64,000 bases of DNA from Mantamonas sphyraenae STR306 (Eukaryota > Protista > CRuMs): NCBI GenBank assembly GCA_026936335.1, contig JAPMXV010000049.1:534656-598655 (forward strand), written 5' to 3'. Position 1 is the stretch's first letter; every line of letters begins with the position of its first letter. Position numbers and translations under genes: made by a program. Under the pieces are notes generated by a model. It saw only the letters and a program-made list of their open reading frames with translations, searched no databases and was not told the DNA's origin. Positions 49,425 to 59,993 of the stretch are shown piece after piece.

Positions 49425-50670
49425 TCAGGACGACGCCCAGAGACCGACTACGACGAGGGCAGTGCCAAGGAGGATGAGGAGGATGTCAAAGGAGACGGTC
49501 CAGTTTGGGTTGCGGGTGTGGAAAAGGCGGATGTGGAGGATGGCCGGGAGGATGATGCCGAGGAGTGGGGCGGTGAGAGCGCCAGAGATGGCGACGACAC
49601 GGCCGTAGTGAGGGTCGAGGAAGCAAAAGATGAAAGAGAGGATGACGACAGAGGTGCGGAGGGCGACACGGGTGAAGGAGGGTGTTTCGTCAATGGGATG
49701 GAGCTGGAGATGCTTCTCCAGCAGCTCTGTGAGCGGGTGCATTTGAAGCGGGTAGGAGACGCAGAGAGAGATGACGGTGGCAAGCTGGGCAAGGGTGCGC
49801 CAGGTGCTGGGCGGGAGATCGTCGATGAGTACTCCCGTGGTGTGGACGCCAAACGCCGTGTACCCGGTGATGGCGAGCCCGATGCTGAGGAAAACAGCGA
49901 TGGAGAAGGAAGAAGCGAGGACGGAGGGTAGATGGGAGCGCTTGGTCATGGAGTGCTCCATGGGCAACACGACAGGGATGTTGTTGAAGGTGAACGCGCA
50001 CATGGAGAGCATGCGGAGCGTGCCCGGGATGTCGGTGTCGTACCAACTGCGGTCTGCGAGCTGGTCATGGGAGAGGGACTGGATGGTTTGGATCTGGACG
50101 ACGATGACGTAGACGGCGGCAGCGTAGACGAGGGTGGTAGTGAGAAAGGTGGCGGAGGCCCAGGATTTGAGATGGCGCACGTTTGCGGCAGCGATCATGA
50201 GGGCGCACACAATGACCATCCAGACGGGGAACGATAGGGTGGGAAGGATCTGATGGAGGGAGACGGTCATGAACACGGCGTAGGATACGAGAACGCCGAG
50301 CTGGCAGAGGAGAAGGGCGAGGTCGACAAGGAAGCCAGCGACAGGAGAGCGGTGAAATGCAAGGCGAGCGACGTCGCCATACGTTACTGCGCCATAGCGC
50401 TCGAGCTTGCGCTTGCACTTGACGAGGAGGAGCATGCCGTGGAGAAGGACAAGTGCGAGCAGAACTGCCGAGGCGGTGGAGGAGAAGACCCCGCCCAGAC
50501 GCCAAGCCTCTGGCAAAGAGGTGAAGCCGTGGCCCATGACAGCCTGGAGCATGAGGCGAAATGTTTGCCAGGTGCTGTGGATGCGGCGTTATGAGTGAAT
50601 GTGGGGGGGGTTTGGGTGGTGTGGGCGCTTGTTGTGCTGTGGTCACTTTCTGGAAGGAATTGTGCGGCAT
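49425..50670 (-). CDS. Amino-acid transporter (AAAP/Aa_trans, SLC36-like)
   Basis: MG.G..SLP.AW...G, TYGDVA, VVLPMEHSM, GYTAFG, SYPLQ; about 10-11 TM segments. First exon uncertain. Confidence 0.82.
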
Positions 50671-50852
50671 GTGACGCACCTCAGCTGTGCCGTCTCGGCA
50701 ACCATGGGGGGCAGCTTGGCGTCACTGCGGTTGACAAGAGCCTTTTTGCTGGTCATAGTCGTCGTCGTCGTCGCTGCAGTCAAGAGGGACAATGTGGAGC
50801 CTGCGGTCTTTGCGGCGGACGGTGGGGAGTTGCATCGAGTTTTTGTTGGGCG

Positions 50853-52283
50853 TCATGGAGGAGGGACCTCTGGAATGGCACCCATCTGGAAAGACTTGCC
50901 TGTGAAAGAACCGTTGAGATGGGCGATGATGGTTTCAAACTCTAAAAGGGAGTTTGGGAGGCCGTCGACAAGGAGGGAGTCGACCATCTCGTTGAGCTTG
51001 GCCGAGTCGGTGGCCTCTTTCTGTGGAGGGGCCTTTGCGGGGCTGTCGTTGACGTCGACGGAAGAGGCGGAGCGCCTGCGACTTGCAAGGGCAGTTTTGC
51101 CCTTGCGTGCTCCAAACGTGGTCTTTGTGGCGGGTTTGGAGGGCTGGCCTTTCATGTCGTTGTCGTCGGCATCGGAAGCGGAGTCGCGTGTGGGTGAGGG
51201 GTCGTCGAGACCCTCGTCGTCGCTGAGGGCGGTGGTTTGTCTGGCATTGCGGCCTCTTCGAGGCGTGGGCTTTGCCTTTGTGGTGGTGGCCTTGCCGGCG
51301 GGCTTTGCGTCGGCGGTGGTCCAGCAGGCGATGTAGTCGTCGACGGGCATGAAGGGATTTGGGTTTTCGAGGGTACGTCCGTCGTCGAGGAAGCGCTGGG
51401 CGTCGTTTTCGAGGCCATCCAGGATGTCGTCGTAGGCGTCAAAGAGCTGTGCTTCCTTCTCTTTGTATTCGCGGGCATCCATGCGTGTGTACATGAGGCG
51501 CAGCTCTTGGCGGGAAAAGTCAAAGCCGAGGAGGTTGGGGTGGCCTTTGAACTGGGGAGCGTAGCAGGTGACCGGGTAAATGGGCCACTGGTCAATGTCG
51601 GCGTTGATCTCGTCCTGCTTGAGTTCAAAGTCGTAGTCGGCCCAGGGAAGGACGTATGCGGGAGTGTTGCGTGAGGGTTTGTTGGAGCGGGAATTGTTGG
51701 AGCGAGAGTTGTTGGAGCGAGAGTTGTTGCCGCGGGAGTTGTTGGAGCGGGAGTTGTTGGAGCGGGAATTGTTGCCGCGGGAGTTGCGGGAGTTGCGTGA
51801 GCCCGCACCCATGTCGTCGTCGCTGTCGCTGAAACCGTCGTCGGAGAATTCGTCGTCGGAATAGTTGTTGTTGTTGTTGTTGCGTCTGCTGTTGTTTCCG
51901 CGGCGGGAATTGTTGCGGGAGTTTGAGTTGCGATTGTTGTTGCCTCCACGGCCATTGCGGTTGTTGTTGCGGTTGTTGTTGTTGTTGCCACGGGACCTGG
52001 AGTTGTTGTTATTGTTATTGTTGTTGTTGTTGTCATCGTTCTTGCCCCTGTTCCAGCCAGAGCCGCGTGGGCGGCCGTTGTTGCGCGGGGCGTTGTTGTT
52101 CATGCCGCGCGGCGCCCAGTTTCCGCCGCCAGAGTTGCGTCCACGGCCACCACCTCCTCCAGAGTTGCGGCCGCCACCGCCACCACTGCTCATGGAGCCC
52201 TTTTTGCGTGGATCGTGTTTGAATGTGCATGAGTTGCCGTTTCGGCAGTAGCCGCGGGCCCAAAAGGTGCAGTCCGCTGGCAT
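50853..52283 (-). CDS. NUP42: NUP42/NUPL2-like CCCH zinc-finger nucleoporin
   Basis: N-terminal C-x7-C-x5-C-x3-H; core W...PVTCYAP.K..PNL.GFDFS.QELRL; C-terminal FQMGAIPEVPPP. Confidence 0.78.
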   Translation of the reverse strand: MPADCTFWARGYCRNGNSCTFKHDPRKKGSMSSGGGGGRNSGGGGGRGRNSGGGNWAPRGMNNNAPRNNGRPRGSGWNRGKNDDNNNNNNNNNNSRSRGNNNNNRNNNRNGRGGNNNRNSNSRNNSRRGNNSRRNNNNNNYSDDEFSDDGFSDSDDDMGAGSRNSRNSRGNNSRSNNSRSNNSRGNNSRSNNSRSNNSRSNKPSRNTPAYVLPWADYDFELKQDEINADIDQWPIYPVTCYAPQFKGHPNLLGFDFSRQELRLMYTRMDAREYKEKEAQLFDAYDDILDGLENDAQRFLDDGRTLENPNPFMPVDDYIACWTTADAKPAGKATTTKAKPTPRRGRNARQTTALSDDEGLDDPSPTRDSASDADDNDMKGQPSKPATKTTFGARKGKTALASRRRSASSVDVNDSPAKAPPQKEATDSAKLNEMVDSLLVDGLPNSLLEFETIIAHLNGSFTGKSFQMGAIPEVPPP

Positions 52284-52437
52284 TCGGTTGGGTGTGTGGG
52301 GGCGGGCAAAGGGTGGGGAGGGTAGGGCCGTGTAGTGATTGGATAGGTGGGATGGGGCCAGGGTTTTGCGTGGGTGGTGAGGTATGGGGAGGGAAAGCGG
52401 CGGAGAGAGGCGCGCTGGCCGGGCCAAGGAGCCCGGG

Positions 52438-53440
52438 ATGACGAAAGCAGTAGAGACGGAGGCGGAGCAGGAGGGGGAGGGGAAGAAGGGAAGGAAGTGG
52501 CCGCGAGGCACGCGGCGCGCACTGTTGTTGGTGCTTGTGGTGGCGTTGTTTCTGGTGTTTTACTTTCTGGTGTGGCCGAGCGTGATGCAGGCGTTCTTTG
52601 ACTTTCTAGAGTGGATTGCTGGACTGGGGCCGATCGGGGCGTTGGTGCTGGGACTGGCCATTGTGATTTGCTGTAGGTGGGCAGAGGGTGGCGGTTGGAT
52701 GAGGCTGGGCGTGGGCTTGTGGGGGGGCGAAGGGAAAGAGCACCTTTTTTTGGGTCGATTTCGGCGCGGTGGCCGGCTGACACACGTGGACAGGCATTCC
52801 GCCGATGCAAGGGTATTCTGTGACGCTTCTGGTGGCTGGCTTTCTGTACGGCTGGGGCTGGGGCTTTGTAATTGTGAATGTGTTTGCCAACTTGGGCTCC
52901 TGGCTGGCGCTGGTGCTGGTGCGGCAAACCAAGTTGCAGACGCTGGTGCAGGAGCAGGTGGAGGAAAACGAAATGGCGGAACTGGTGATGGAGGAAATCA
53001 TGGACAATTCATTGAAGATTGTGGCGCTTGTGCGCATGTCGCCGTTGTCGACGAGCATTCTGAACGGCCTGTTGTCGGTGACGCCGGTGACGTTCAAGTG
53101 GTATGCGTTGGGCACGTACATAGGGATGATTCCGGAGCATGCCATTACAACGATGCTGGGATCGTCTGCGCGATCGCTGGTGGACATCTTGGAAGGGCGG
53201 CAGGAGTCGACGTTGGTGGACACAATAGTGTTGGGGTTCCAGATCGGGATTGCGGTGGTGGTGACGTCGTTGATCTCGTACTATGTGAAGCGTGTGTTTG
53301 ACCGGATCCAGTACAAGCGGGAGCAGAGGAGACTGAGCGTGGATGAAGTGGCTGTGGAGAGTGTGCCGATGATGGAAAGCGGGGCAGCTGGGGTCCCGTT
53401 GCAGGAGGAGGACGAGAGCATGGAGAGCAGCAAGGCATGA
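52438..53440 (+). CDS. TVP38/TMEM64 (VTT/DedA) family membrane protein
   Basis: AGFLYGWGWG, ANLGS, LVRMSP...LN...VT.V.F..Y..GT..G.IP; intron at about 52674-52793. Confidence 0.82.
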
Positions 53441-53475
53441 GGTGAGCAATGCATATATGTACTTGTGTGTTTGTT

Positions 53476-54999
53476 TCAGAGTTCGACAAAGTCGGCGACG
53501 AGCCAGACGTGGTCGCTGGAGTAGACCGGGTTGGGAAGGCCGCCCCACTCGTTTTCGAGATCGGTGGGGTCCATGACGTCGAGGGCAGAAACGGGAGCAA
53601 AGGCGGACGGGGTGTACCAGAGGTAGTCGACACAGCCGCGGAAGGAGGGGACGAGGGTGGTGTAGGAGGGCTCATGGCCAGCGAGTTGTGCGTAGGCGCT
53701 GGCGAGGGGCTGGGCACCTTCAGGGAGAAGCGTGTAGCGTTGTTGGGCAAGGGTACGCCATTGTTCGTTGATGGAGACGTCGGGGACGTCGTCGTAGGTT
53801 TCAGAGAGGCCAATGTGGTGGCGAGCGTCGTCGCCGGTGTCGCCGGCAGAAAGGAGGGAGTAGACGGGCTCGTCCGGGGTGCTGTTTGTGTTTGCGGCCC
53901 AGATGTAGGGGAGACCTGTGTCTTGAAGGGCCTGGACGACACACCAGGCCTGGAGGCACTGGACATCGCGGCGTTCGGGAAGATAGGTGAAATGGGTGTT
54001 TGCGAGGACAAATTCGTTGCCAGAGTCGTTGTTGCGGAGTGTGACGGCAAGGAGGACAGAGTTTTGGGAGAGGCCAAGGTAGGTCTGGTCGACTTGCTGG
54101 CGGGAGCACTCCTCGGCGATGGCGTCGTTGAGGGGCAGCTGGCGGCGCTTGCGAAAGGTGAAGCGCTCCTTGTTCCAAAGGGTGGCGACGCCGTCGCGGC
54201 GGTTGCGGGTCTTTTTCATGTACAGGCCAACAAAGCCCATGTCTTGGAGGCGGGGCTGGAGCTCGTTTTCAAAGAGACCCGGCTCGACGAGCTGGAGGCA
54301 GAGGATGTCTGCGTCTGCGCTTGCAATCTCGTCGTAAAAGTGCTTTGCACGGTAGTCCCAGCCGAGGGCATACTTGGGACAGTGCTTGTAATGGATGCCG
54401 GTGACGAAAAAGTCGGGGAGGATGGAGTAGGAGAGAATGCGGAAGGAGGGCGAGTCGGAGGGCGGGTCTGCAGTGAGGAGGGAACGAGGGAGGGGTGCAA
54501 GAGGGACAGCCTCGACCGGCTCTGTGGTAAAGGTGTGTGGTTCGCTGACCTGGCCGTCTGTGTCGACGGGGGTCACGGTGAAACGTAGGAGGTGGCCGAC
54601 GTCGTCGTGGGTTGGGGTGTATGAGAGGGATTCGGCGAGGAGGATGGGTTGCGGGGAGGAATCGGAGGAGTCGGGTGTGGAGTCGGTGGAAGAAACGTCG
54701 TTGGTGTTGGTGTTGAGGAGGGCGGCGACGAGTGCGGCGCGTTCCTCTTTGGTGGTTGCGCCGAGAGCCTTCCAGTCCTGGGCGTTTGTGGAGGCGCTGG
54801 TAAAGGCGTCTGGAGTGGAGGATGGGGAGTGGGCTGGGGTCAGGCGGTGCCAGGTGTAGAGGGATTGGGAGGGGTCCCAGGTGGTAGACGGGGAGGTTGT
54901 GGGGAAGACGTTGATGCTGGGTGTGATTTGCTCGCCGCAGATGGCGTGGGGAATGTCGACAGTCGTGACGACAAGGGTGGATGCAGTGGTGGTGGACAT
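53476..54999 (-). CDS. CCR4/PDE12-like EEP-fold protein with degenerate active site
   Basis: YTPT.DDVGH.LRF.VTPVD pre-domain; ADILCLQ, DGVATLW, LANTH, FRGCVDYLWY, LPNPVYSSDH. Confidence 0.85.
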   Translation of the reverse strand: MSTTTASTLVVTTVDIPHAICGEQITPSINVFPTTSPSTTWDPSQSLYTWHRLTPAHSPSSTPDAFTSASTNAQDWKALGATTKEERAALVAALLNTNTNDVSSTDSTPDSSDSSPQPILLAESLSYTPTHDDVGHLLRFTVTPVDTDGQVSEPHTFTTEPVEAVPLAPLPRSLLTADPPSDSPSFRILSYSILPDFFVTGIHYKHCPKYALGWDYRAKHFYDEIASADADILCLQLVEPGLFENELQPRLQDMGFVGLYMKKTRNRRDGVATLWNKERFTFRKRRQLPLNDAIAEECSRQQVDQTYLGLSQNSVLLAVTLRNNDSGNEFVLANTHFTYLPERRDVQCLQAWCVVQALQDTGLPYIWAANTNSTPDEPVYSLLSAGDTGDDARHHIGLSETYDDVPDVSINEQWRTLAQQRYTLLPEGAQPLASAYAQLAGHEPSYTTLVPSFRGCVDYLWYTPSAFAPVSALDVMDPTDLENEWGGLPNPVYSSDHVWLVADFVEL

Positions 55000-55123
55000 G
55001 TGTGGAAAGTGGTAAATGAGTCAATTCGGGTGGGCGAGGTGGAAACGCGTTGGAGGACTTCGTCGGCCCAGTTGCAGACAGGTGGTCGTTGTGGGTGCGC
55101 GTGCGGGGCCAATCGGGGTTGGA

Positions 55124-55768
55124 ATGTCGAGTAGGGCAGAGTTGCATTGGGAGTTGAGGCGTGCAGTGGAGAATGGGGATTGTGAGCGTGTGGTGGAGGT
55201 TGTGGAGAAGGAAGGGGCGGACGTGAACGCGGGCGGGGTCACAGCGTTGATGATGGCGGCGTGGATGAATGAGGTGGGATGTGTGGAAGCGTTGTTGGCG
55301 TTGGGGGCCGAGGTGGACAAGGTGGGCACGGAGATGTACACTGCGGTCGTGCACGCGGCGAGCAACGGGAGCACCGAAGCGCTGCGGGTGCTGGCAAAGC
55401 ACGGAGCCGATGTGGAGGTGCGGTGTGGTGGTGGCAAGACTCCTTTGATGCAAGCGGCGTTGGGAGGGCATGTGGAGGTTGGGAGGGCGCTGGTGGAGCT
55501 CGGGGCGGAGGTGGATGCGGTGGATGTGCGTGGGAGGACGGCGTTGATGATGTGCATGAGGAATCCGGACGCAGGAATGGCGGAGATGTTGGTGGGAGAG
55601 GGAGCAGATGTGAATGTGTGTGGTGTGGATGGTTGGACGGCGCTGTATCATGCGTGGAACGTCAAGGAGAGTGCACCAGCGCGGGTGTTGGTGGAGGCAG
55701 GAGTGGATTGGAATGCCGGGGGCCGAGAGGAGGTGATGGAGGTGAGGGAGTGGGTGTCGAGGATGTGA
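55124..55768 (+). CDS. Ankyrin-repeat protein
   Basis: About six G.T(A/P)L..A...G....V..L...GA.V repeats. Confidence 0.9.
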   Translation: MSSRAELHWELRRAVENGDCERVVEVVEKEGADVNAGGVTALMMAAWMNEVGCVEALLALGAEVDKVGTEMYTAVVHAASNGSTEALRVLAKHGADVEVRCGGGKTPLMQAALGGHVEVGRALVELGAEVDAVDVRGRTALMMCMRNPDAGMAEMLVGEGADVNVCGVDGWTALYHAWNVKESAPARVLVEAGVDWNAGGREEVMEVREWVSRM

Positions 55769-55815
55769 AATGAGGGGGGGGGGGGGGGGGGATTGAGGGA
55801 GAAGGGCAAAAAGAA

Positions 55816-55887
55816 AGCCTCTGATGAGAATTGAACTCATGACCTTGACATTACTAGTGTCACGCTCTACCCCTAAGCTACAGAGGC
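55816..55887 (-). tRNA. tRNA-Thr(AGT)
   Basis: Cloverleaf GCCTCTG.../...CAGAGGC, anticodon arm TGACA-CT-AGT-AA-TGTCA, TTCAATT T-loop, followed by a T-run terminator. Confidence 0.97.
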
Positions 55888-56007
55888 GGGCCCCGACTTA
55901 AACTTCAAGTTCGGTTTCATCTATGGTGGCTGGTTCCAGGTTTTGTGAGAGTGAGTAGGGATAGTCGGGATGCAGGGCGGCGACCGTAGGTTGGGTTGTG
56001 TTGGAGG

Positions 56008-56850
56008 TCAGTCGGATGACGAGGATGCTGTGACGAGTTCGATACGCCCGTAGCCAAGTAACCTCTTGTCGAGGGAAGGGAGGGCGGTGGAGGAGTCGGC
56101 GTGGCGGCGTGTGGCGAGCCAGAAAAGAGCGTCGGATTGGCGGCGTTCCATGGCGTCGACAAGCTCGCCGACAAGGCCACGTGCGTCGGTGCGTGCGTCG
56201 GAACACCAAACAGAGAGGTCGTCGAGGACGACCGTGCCACCGCGAGGCACACTGTCGACGGCTTCGCGTACAGTGCGCTCGCTTTCGCCGACAAGGCCGC
56301 GTGTGACGGTGGAGGCGTCGAGCACTACCGTGTCCTCTGCATCGAGGTGCTCGGAAGAGGCGTCGTACACGCCATGGTCTATGTTGAGGAGGAGCAGTCC
56401 TGTGCAGGGACCGTCAATTCCGAGTCTGCGCAGGGCTCGTGTGTCGCGAAATGCGGACCAGGCTGAGGGGGGCTCAGAGGCGTCCTGCGCCTCGGCGTCC
56501 ACGCTGGTCATGTCGTGTATGTGTGAAAACACGCCGCGGACAAACTCTGCTACATGCAAGGCGTCCTGCGCGGCTGCGACGAGGCGCCCGCCTGCCTTGA
56601 CCCAGCCCACAAGGACGCACATGGCGCCGGCCATGCCCGTGCCTCCTTGCTCTGGGAAGAGCACATCGATGTCGTCGATAAATACCGTGTCTGTGTCGCC
56701 TGCCTGGCGCAGGGTGGCGCGGAGAGCCTTGCGCAGATCGCCGCCGGCCTCAGCGCCCGCACAGGCGCCATCAATGTACACAGAGGCCAATGTGCGTCCG
56801 TAGCGACTCTTTCCCGAGCCGTGACCGCCGACAAGGAGCACGCTGGACAT
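56008..56850 (-). CDS. Miniaturised, degenerate tandem AAA+ ATPase (CDC48/AFG2-like)
   Basis: GGHGSGKS and VFIDDID; second module RRLGI..P..GLLL, LVGESERTVRE, VVLDDL, LD.RLL..GRIE but lacking Walker A. Confidence 0.65.
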   Translation of the reverse strand: MSSVLLVGGHGSGKSRYGRTLASVYIDGACAGAEAGGDLRKALRATLRQAGDTDTVFIDDIDVLFPEQGGTGMAGAMCVLVGWVKAGGRLVAAAQDALHVAEFVRGVFSHIHDMTSVDAEAQDASEPPSAWSAFRDTRALRRLGIDGPCTGLLLLNIDHGVYDASSEHLDAEDTVVLDASTVTRGLVGESERTVREAVDSVPRGGTVVLDDLSVWCSDARTDARGLVGELVDAMERRQSDALFWLATRRHADSSTALPSLDKRLLGYGRIELVTASSSSD

Positions 56851-56934
56851 GGATGGACGGCGAGGCTGCGTTTTGGTGGTGGGTCAGGCTCGCGTGCGCG
56901 CAACATATTTCACGTGCAACACGACACGCTCGCC

Positions 56935-59587
56935 ATGCACAAGTCCAACAAGGTCAAGTCTTTGGACATGGTGCCCGAGGAAGGCGAGTACAGGCCTCCG
57001 GCGAGCGGCATTGTCTCGCAAGCAGGAGACACTCCAGACGTGTTTTCGGGCTTGCAGGAACAGGAACCGCTGTGGGAGCCCATCAAGGGCCCCATAGAGA
57101 AGCAGGTACGTGGCGAGGCGGGGCGAGTGTGGCGCATGGCGCATGCAGAGCCGGATCGCCGGGCCTGCCGGGCGGGGCGTTGGAGTGGATGTATTTCGCC
57201 GCCGGGACGCTTTGGGCGCCGTCCGTGTGTCTGTATGCCCAGGGGAAATGTGCTGTCCGTGCGCGATGGCACATCTAGCGCTCGTGTCCTCTTTTGCATA
57301 ATCCGATGTGCGCGTACATGCCTTGCTACGAGCTGACACCGCGCCGAAAAACCCGTTGCGACCGTTTCGATGGGCTCCACTACGTTCAGCTTTGGGTGGC
57401 CCTCCTGTTCTTTGTGCTGGTCGTGGCCTCTGCGCAAGGGTTTAATTGGCTGGAGCATGTGCGCGCATACAACGTCATCCCGTGTAAGTGGCATTGCAGA
57501 GCGTAGGGGCTTGTGCAGCAGCCGGCTGGGTTTGCTCATCCTGGAGTGTTTTGGATTTTGGCCGCCTTCCTTCTCCGGACGCTCACGTTTTCACGCGCGC
57601 CTCCCGCCGTCCCGCAGACTCGGTGCTGTGTCTGTGCGTCATGGAGGGCAACCGCTACTTGTATGTGTGGGACGAGTACTCGGCTTGGGCCATGTACACC
57701 AACCTGGCGCCGTTCATCGCGCTGTTGGTTGCGTCGCGAGAGGCACACATCATCATTTGCCTGATGTTCTACTCGGGCACGATGGTGATCCATCTGCAAA
57801 GCGGCGCGCCGTACCTGCGGCGTCACATCTTGATCTACACCTGCTGCTACCTGCTTGTGTACTCGCTGACGGTCGTGGGCATGCTGTTCTTCTACGTGGA
57901 CACGACGGGCAACGACCCGTTCTACGGGCGTGCGCTGGCGCCGCCGATCACGCTGGGCCAGGAAATCACGATTGTCATCAGCATTGTGCTGAACTGCGTC
58001 GGCTTCCTCATGCTGGAGGATTTTGTTCAGAACTACGCGGTGACCATTTCGGACCGGTCTGCGCGCATCAACATGCTCTTTCTGGAAAACGTGCAGCTGC
58101 GCAACAAGCTCAAGAAGAACAACCAGAGCCAGAAGCTGGAGACGCCGCTGCAAAAGGCCATGGAACAGCTGCGTGACATCTCGGAGAGCACCACGGACGC
58201 AGGGGTGCGCGAGCACATCGACGAAATCCTCGCAGTACTGGCGACGGACAAACTGTTTACGCCCGACTTTGAGCAGCTGGGCCAGAGCGACGTGTCGCGC
58301 TGGATGCGCTCGCAGTTCACCACGCTGAGGCCCAGCTACGGAGACGACCAGCAGTCGCAGTCGGAGATGCGGCGCTCGGCGTCGTTTTCTGCTCTGGACT
58401 TGGGATCGCGTACGACACGCGGCCGCGAGGTGTTCCTGAAGCGGCTGGCACGCTCGATGACCACGGAGGACCAGGAGAACGACTCGCTGATGCAGAGCTT
58501 GGCGTCGCTGGTGGACTACGTGTCGGAGAATCTGGACTCGTGGAGCTTTGACGTGTTTGAATTGGACCGCATCAGCAACGGGCGCCCGCTGCTGTTTGTG
58601 AGCTACGCCATCTTTGAGAAGCACGACTTTTTGGGCAAGTTCAATGTCAGCTCGGAGACGCTGGTGAATTTTGTGTCGCTGATCGAGAGCGGGTACAGCA
58701 AGACAAACCCGTACCACAACGCTATCCATGCAGCAGACGTGACGCACGCAATGCATGTGTTGCTGACACGCGGCCTGATGGACAAGATCTCGGACTTGGA
58801 GCTGTTTGGGTCCATTGTGGCGGCGATTGTGCACGACTACAAGCACCCGGGCCGCAACAACAACTTTCACATTGCCACGAGCTCGGATCTGGCACTTACG
58901 TACAACGACAAGTCGGTTTTGGAGAACTACCACCTGTGGCAAGCTTTCAAGGTGCTGAACCAGCCGGCGACGGACATCTTTGCGGGGCTGAGCAAGGAGG
59001 AGCGCAAGGAGATTCGCGACCTGATCATCGAGCTGGTGCTGGCCACGGACGTGGGCATGCACTTTGAAATCCTCAGTGGGTTCAAGGCGAACCTGGAGAA
59101 GCGCATGGACATGAAGGATCGTGCAGACAGATACCAGGTGCTGACGATTGCCATGAAGTGCGCCGACATCTCGAACCCGGCCAAGCCCAGGCGGCTGTGT
59201 CGCGACTGGTGCTCGCTGATTACAGAGGAGATGTACCTGCAGGGTGACGAGGAGAAGAGGCTCAACTTGCCCGTGTCCACGTTTATGGACCGCACAACTC
59301 CCGACGTGCCGAAGAGCCAGGTGGGCTTCATCGAGTTTATCTGCATGCCGCTGTTTGAGAGCTTTGCCAAATTCGACGCGGTGTACGACGAGCAGTTCCA
59401 GTTTCTGCAAGAGAACCGGCGTGCGTGGGTGGACCTGCAACACGGCGGCACGGAAAAGGCGGCTGGGGATGAAGAGGGCGCCCAAAGCAGCGGCGGAGGG
59501 GATCCGTCATCGTCTGGGTCGCATTCCAGGTCTGGGAGCTCGGGCATGTCGTCGTCTTCGCACGGAGTGGGCAAGGAGAGCGTTTGA
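56935..59587 (+). CDS. Class I 3',5'-cyclic nucleotide phosphodiesterase with multi-TM N-terminus (spliced)
   Basis: PYHNAIHAADV, HDYKHPGRNN, YNDKSVLENYH, LATD, KCADISNP, QGDEEK, QVGFI; upstream hydrophobic segments and short 5' exons. Confidence 0.93.
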
Positions 59588-59724
59588 GAGGTTGGGTTTG
59601 GAAAAAGAAGAAAGTCGCGGATGATTAGGGCAACTCGTGACACGTTGATGATGTGTGGTGTGGACGGGTGGGCGCTAGGATGGCGTGGGGGTGATGGAGG
59701 TGAGGGTGGGAGGAAAAAAAAGAA

Positions 59725-59796
59725 AGCCTCTGATGAGAATTGAACTCATGACCTTGACATTACTAGTGTCACGCTCTACCCCTAAGCTACAGAGGC
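59725..59796 (-). tRNA. tRNA-Thr(AGT), identical second copy
   Basis: Sequence identical to 55816-55887, with a T-run terminator. Confidence 0.97.
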
Positions 59797-59993
59797 GGGC
59801 CCCGACTTAAACTAATGAGTGCGGTTCAACTAATGAGGGTGGTTCTAGGTTTAGTGAGATTGACTGGTGATGGTCAGTGTGCAGGGCAGCGACCGGCACA
59901 TTCTCGAGGGTGCAGGGTGAGGTGATGGAGACGGTGGTTGGGTGTGTGGGGAGGGGTGGATGAGTGGAAAGGGTGTGGGAATGAAGGGGTGGT

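Noticed and set aside
55816-59796. Two identical tRNAs as att sites of an integrated element
   Set aside because: Both are full-length with their own terminators and upstream elements; the enclosed genes (AAA-like, PDE) are host-like and there is no integrase.
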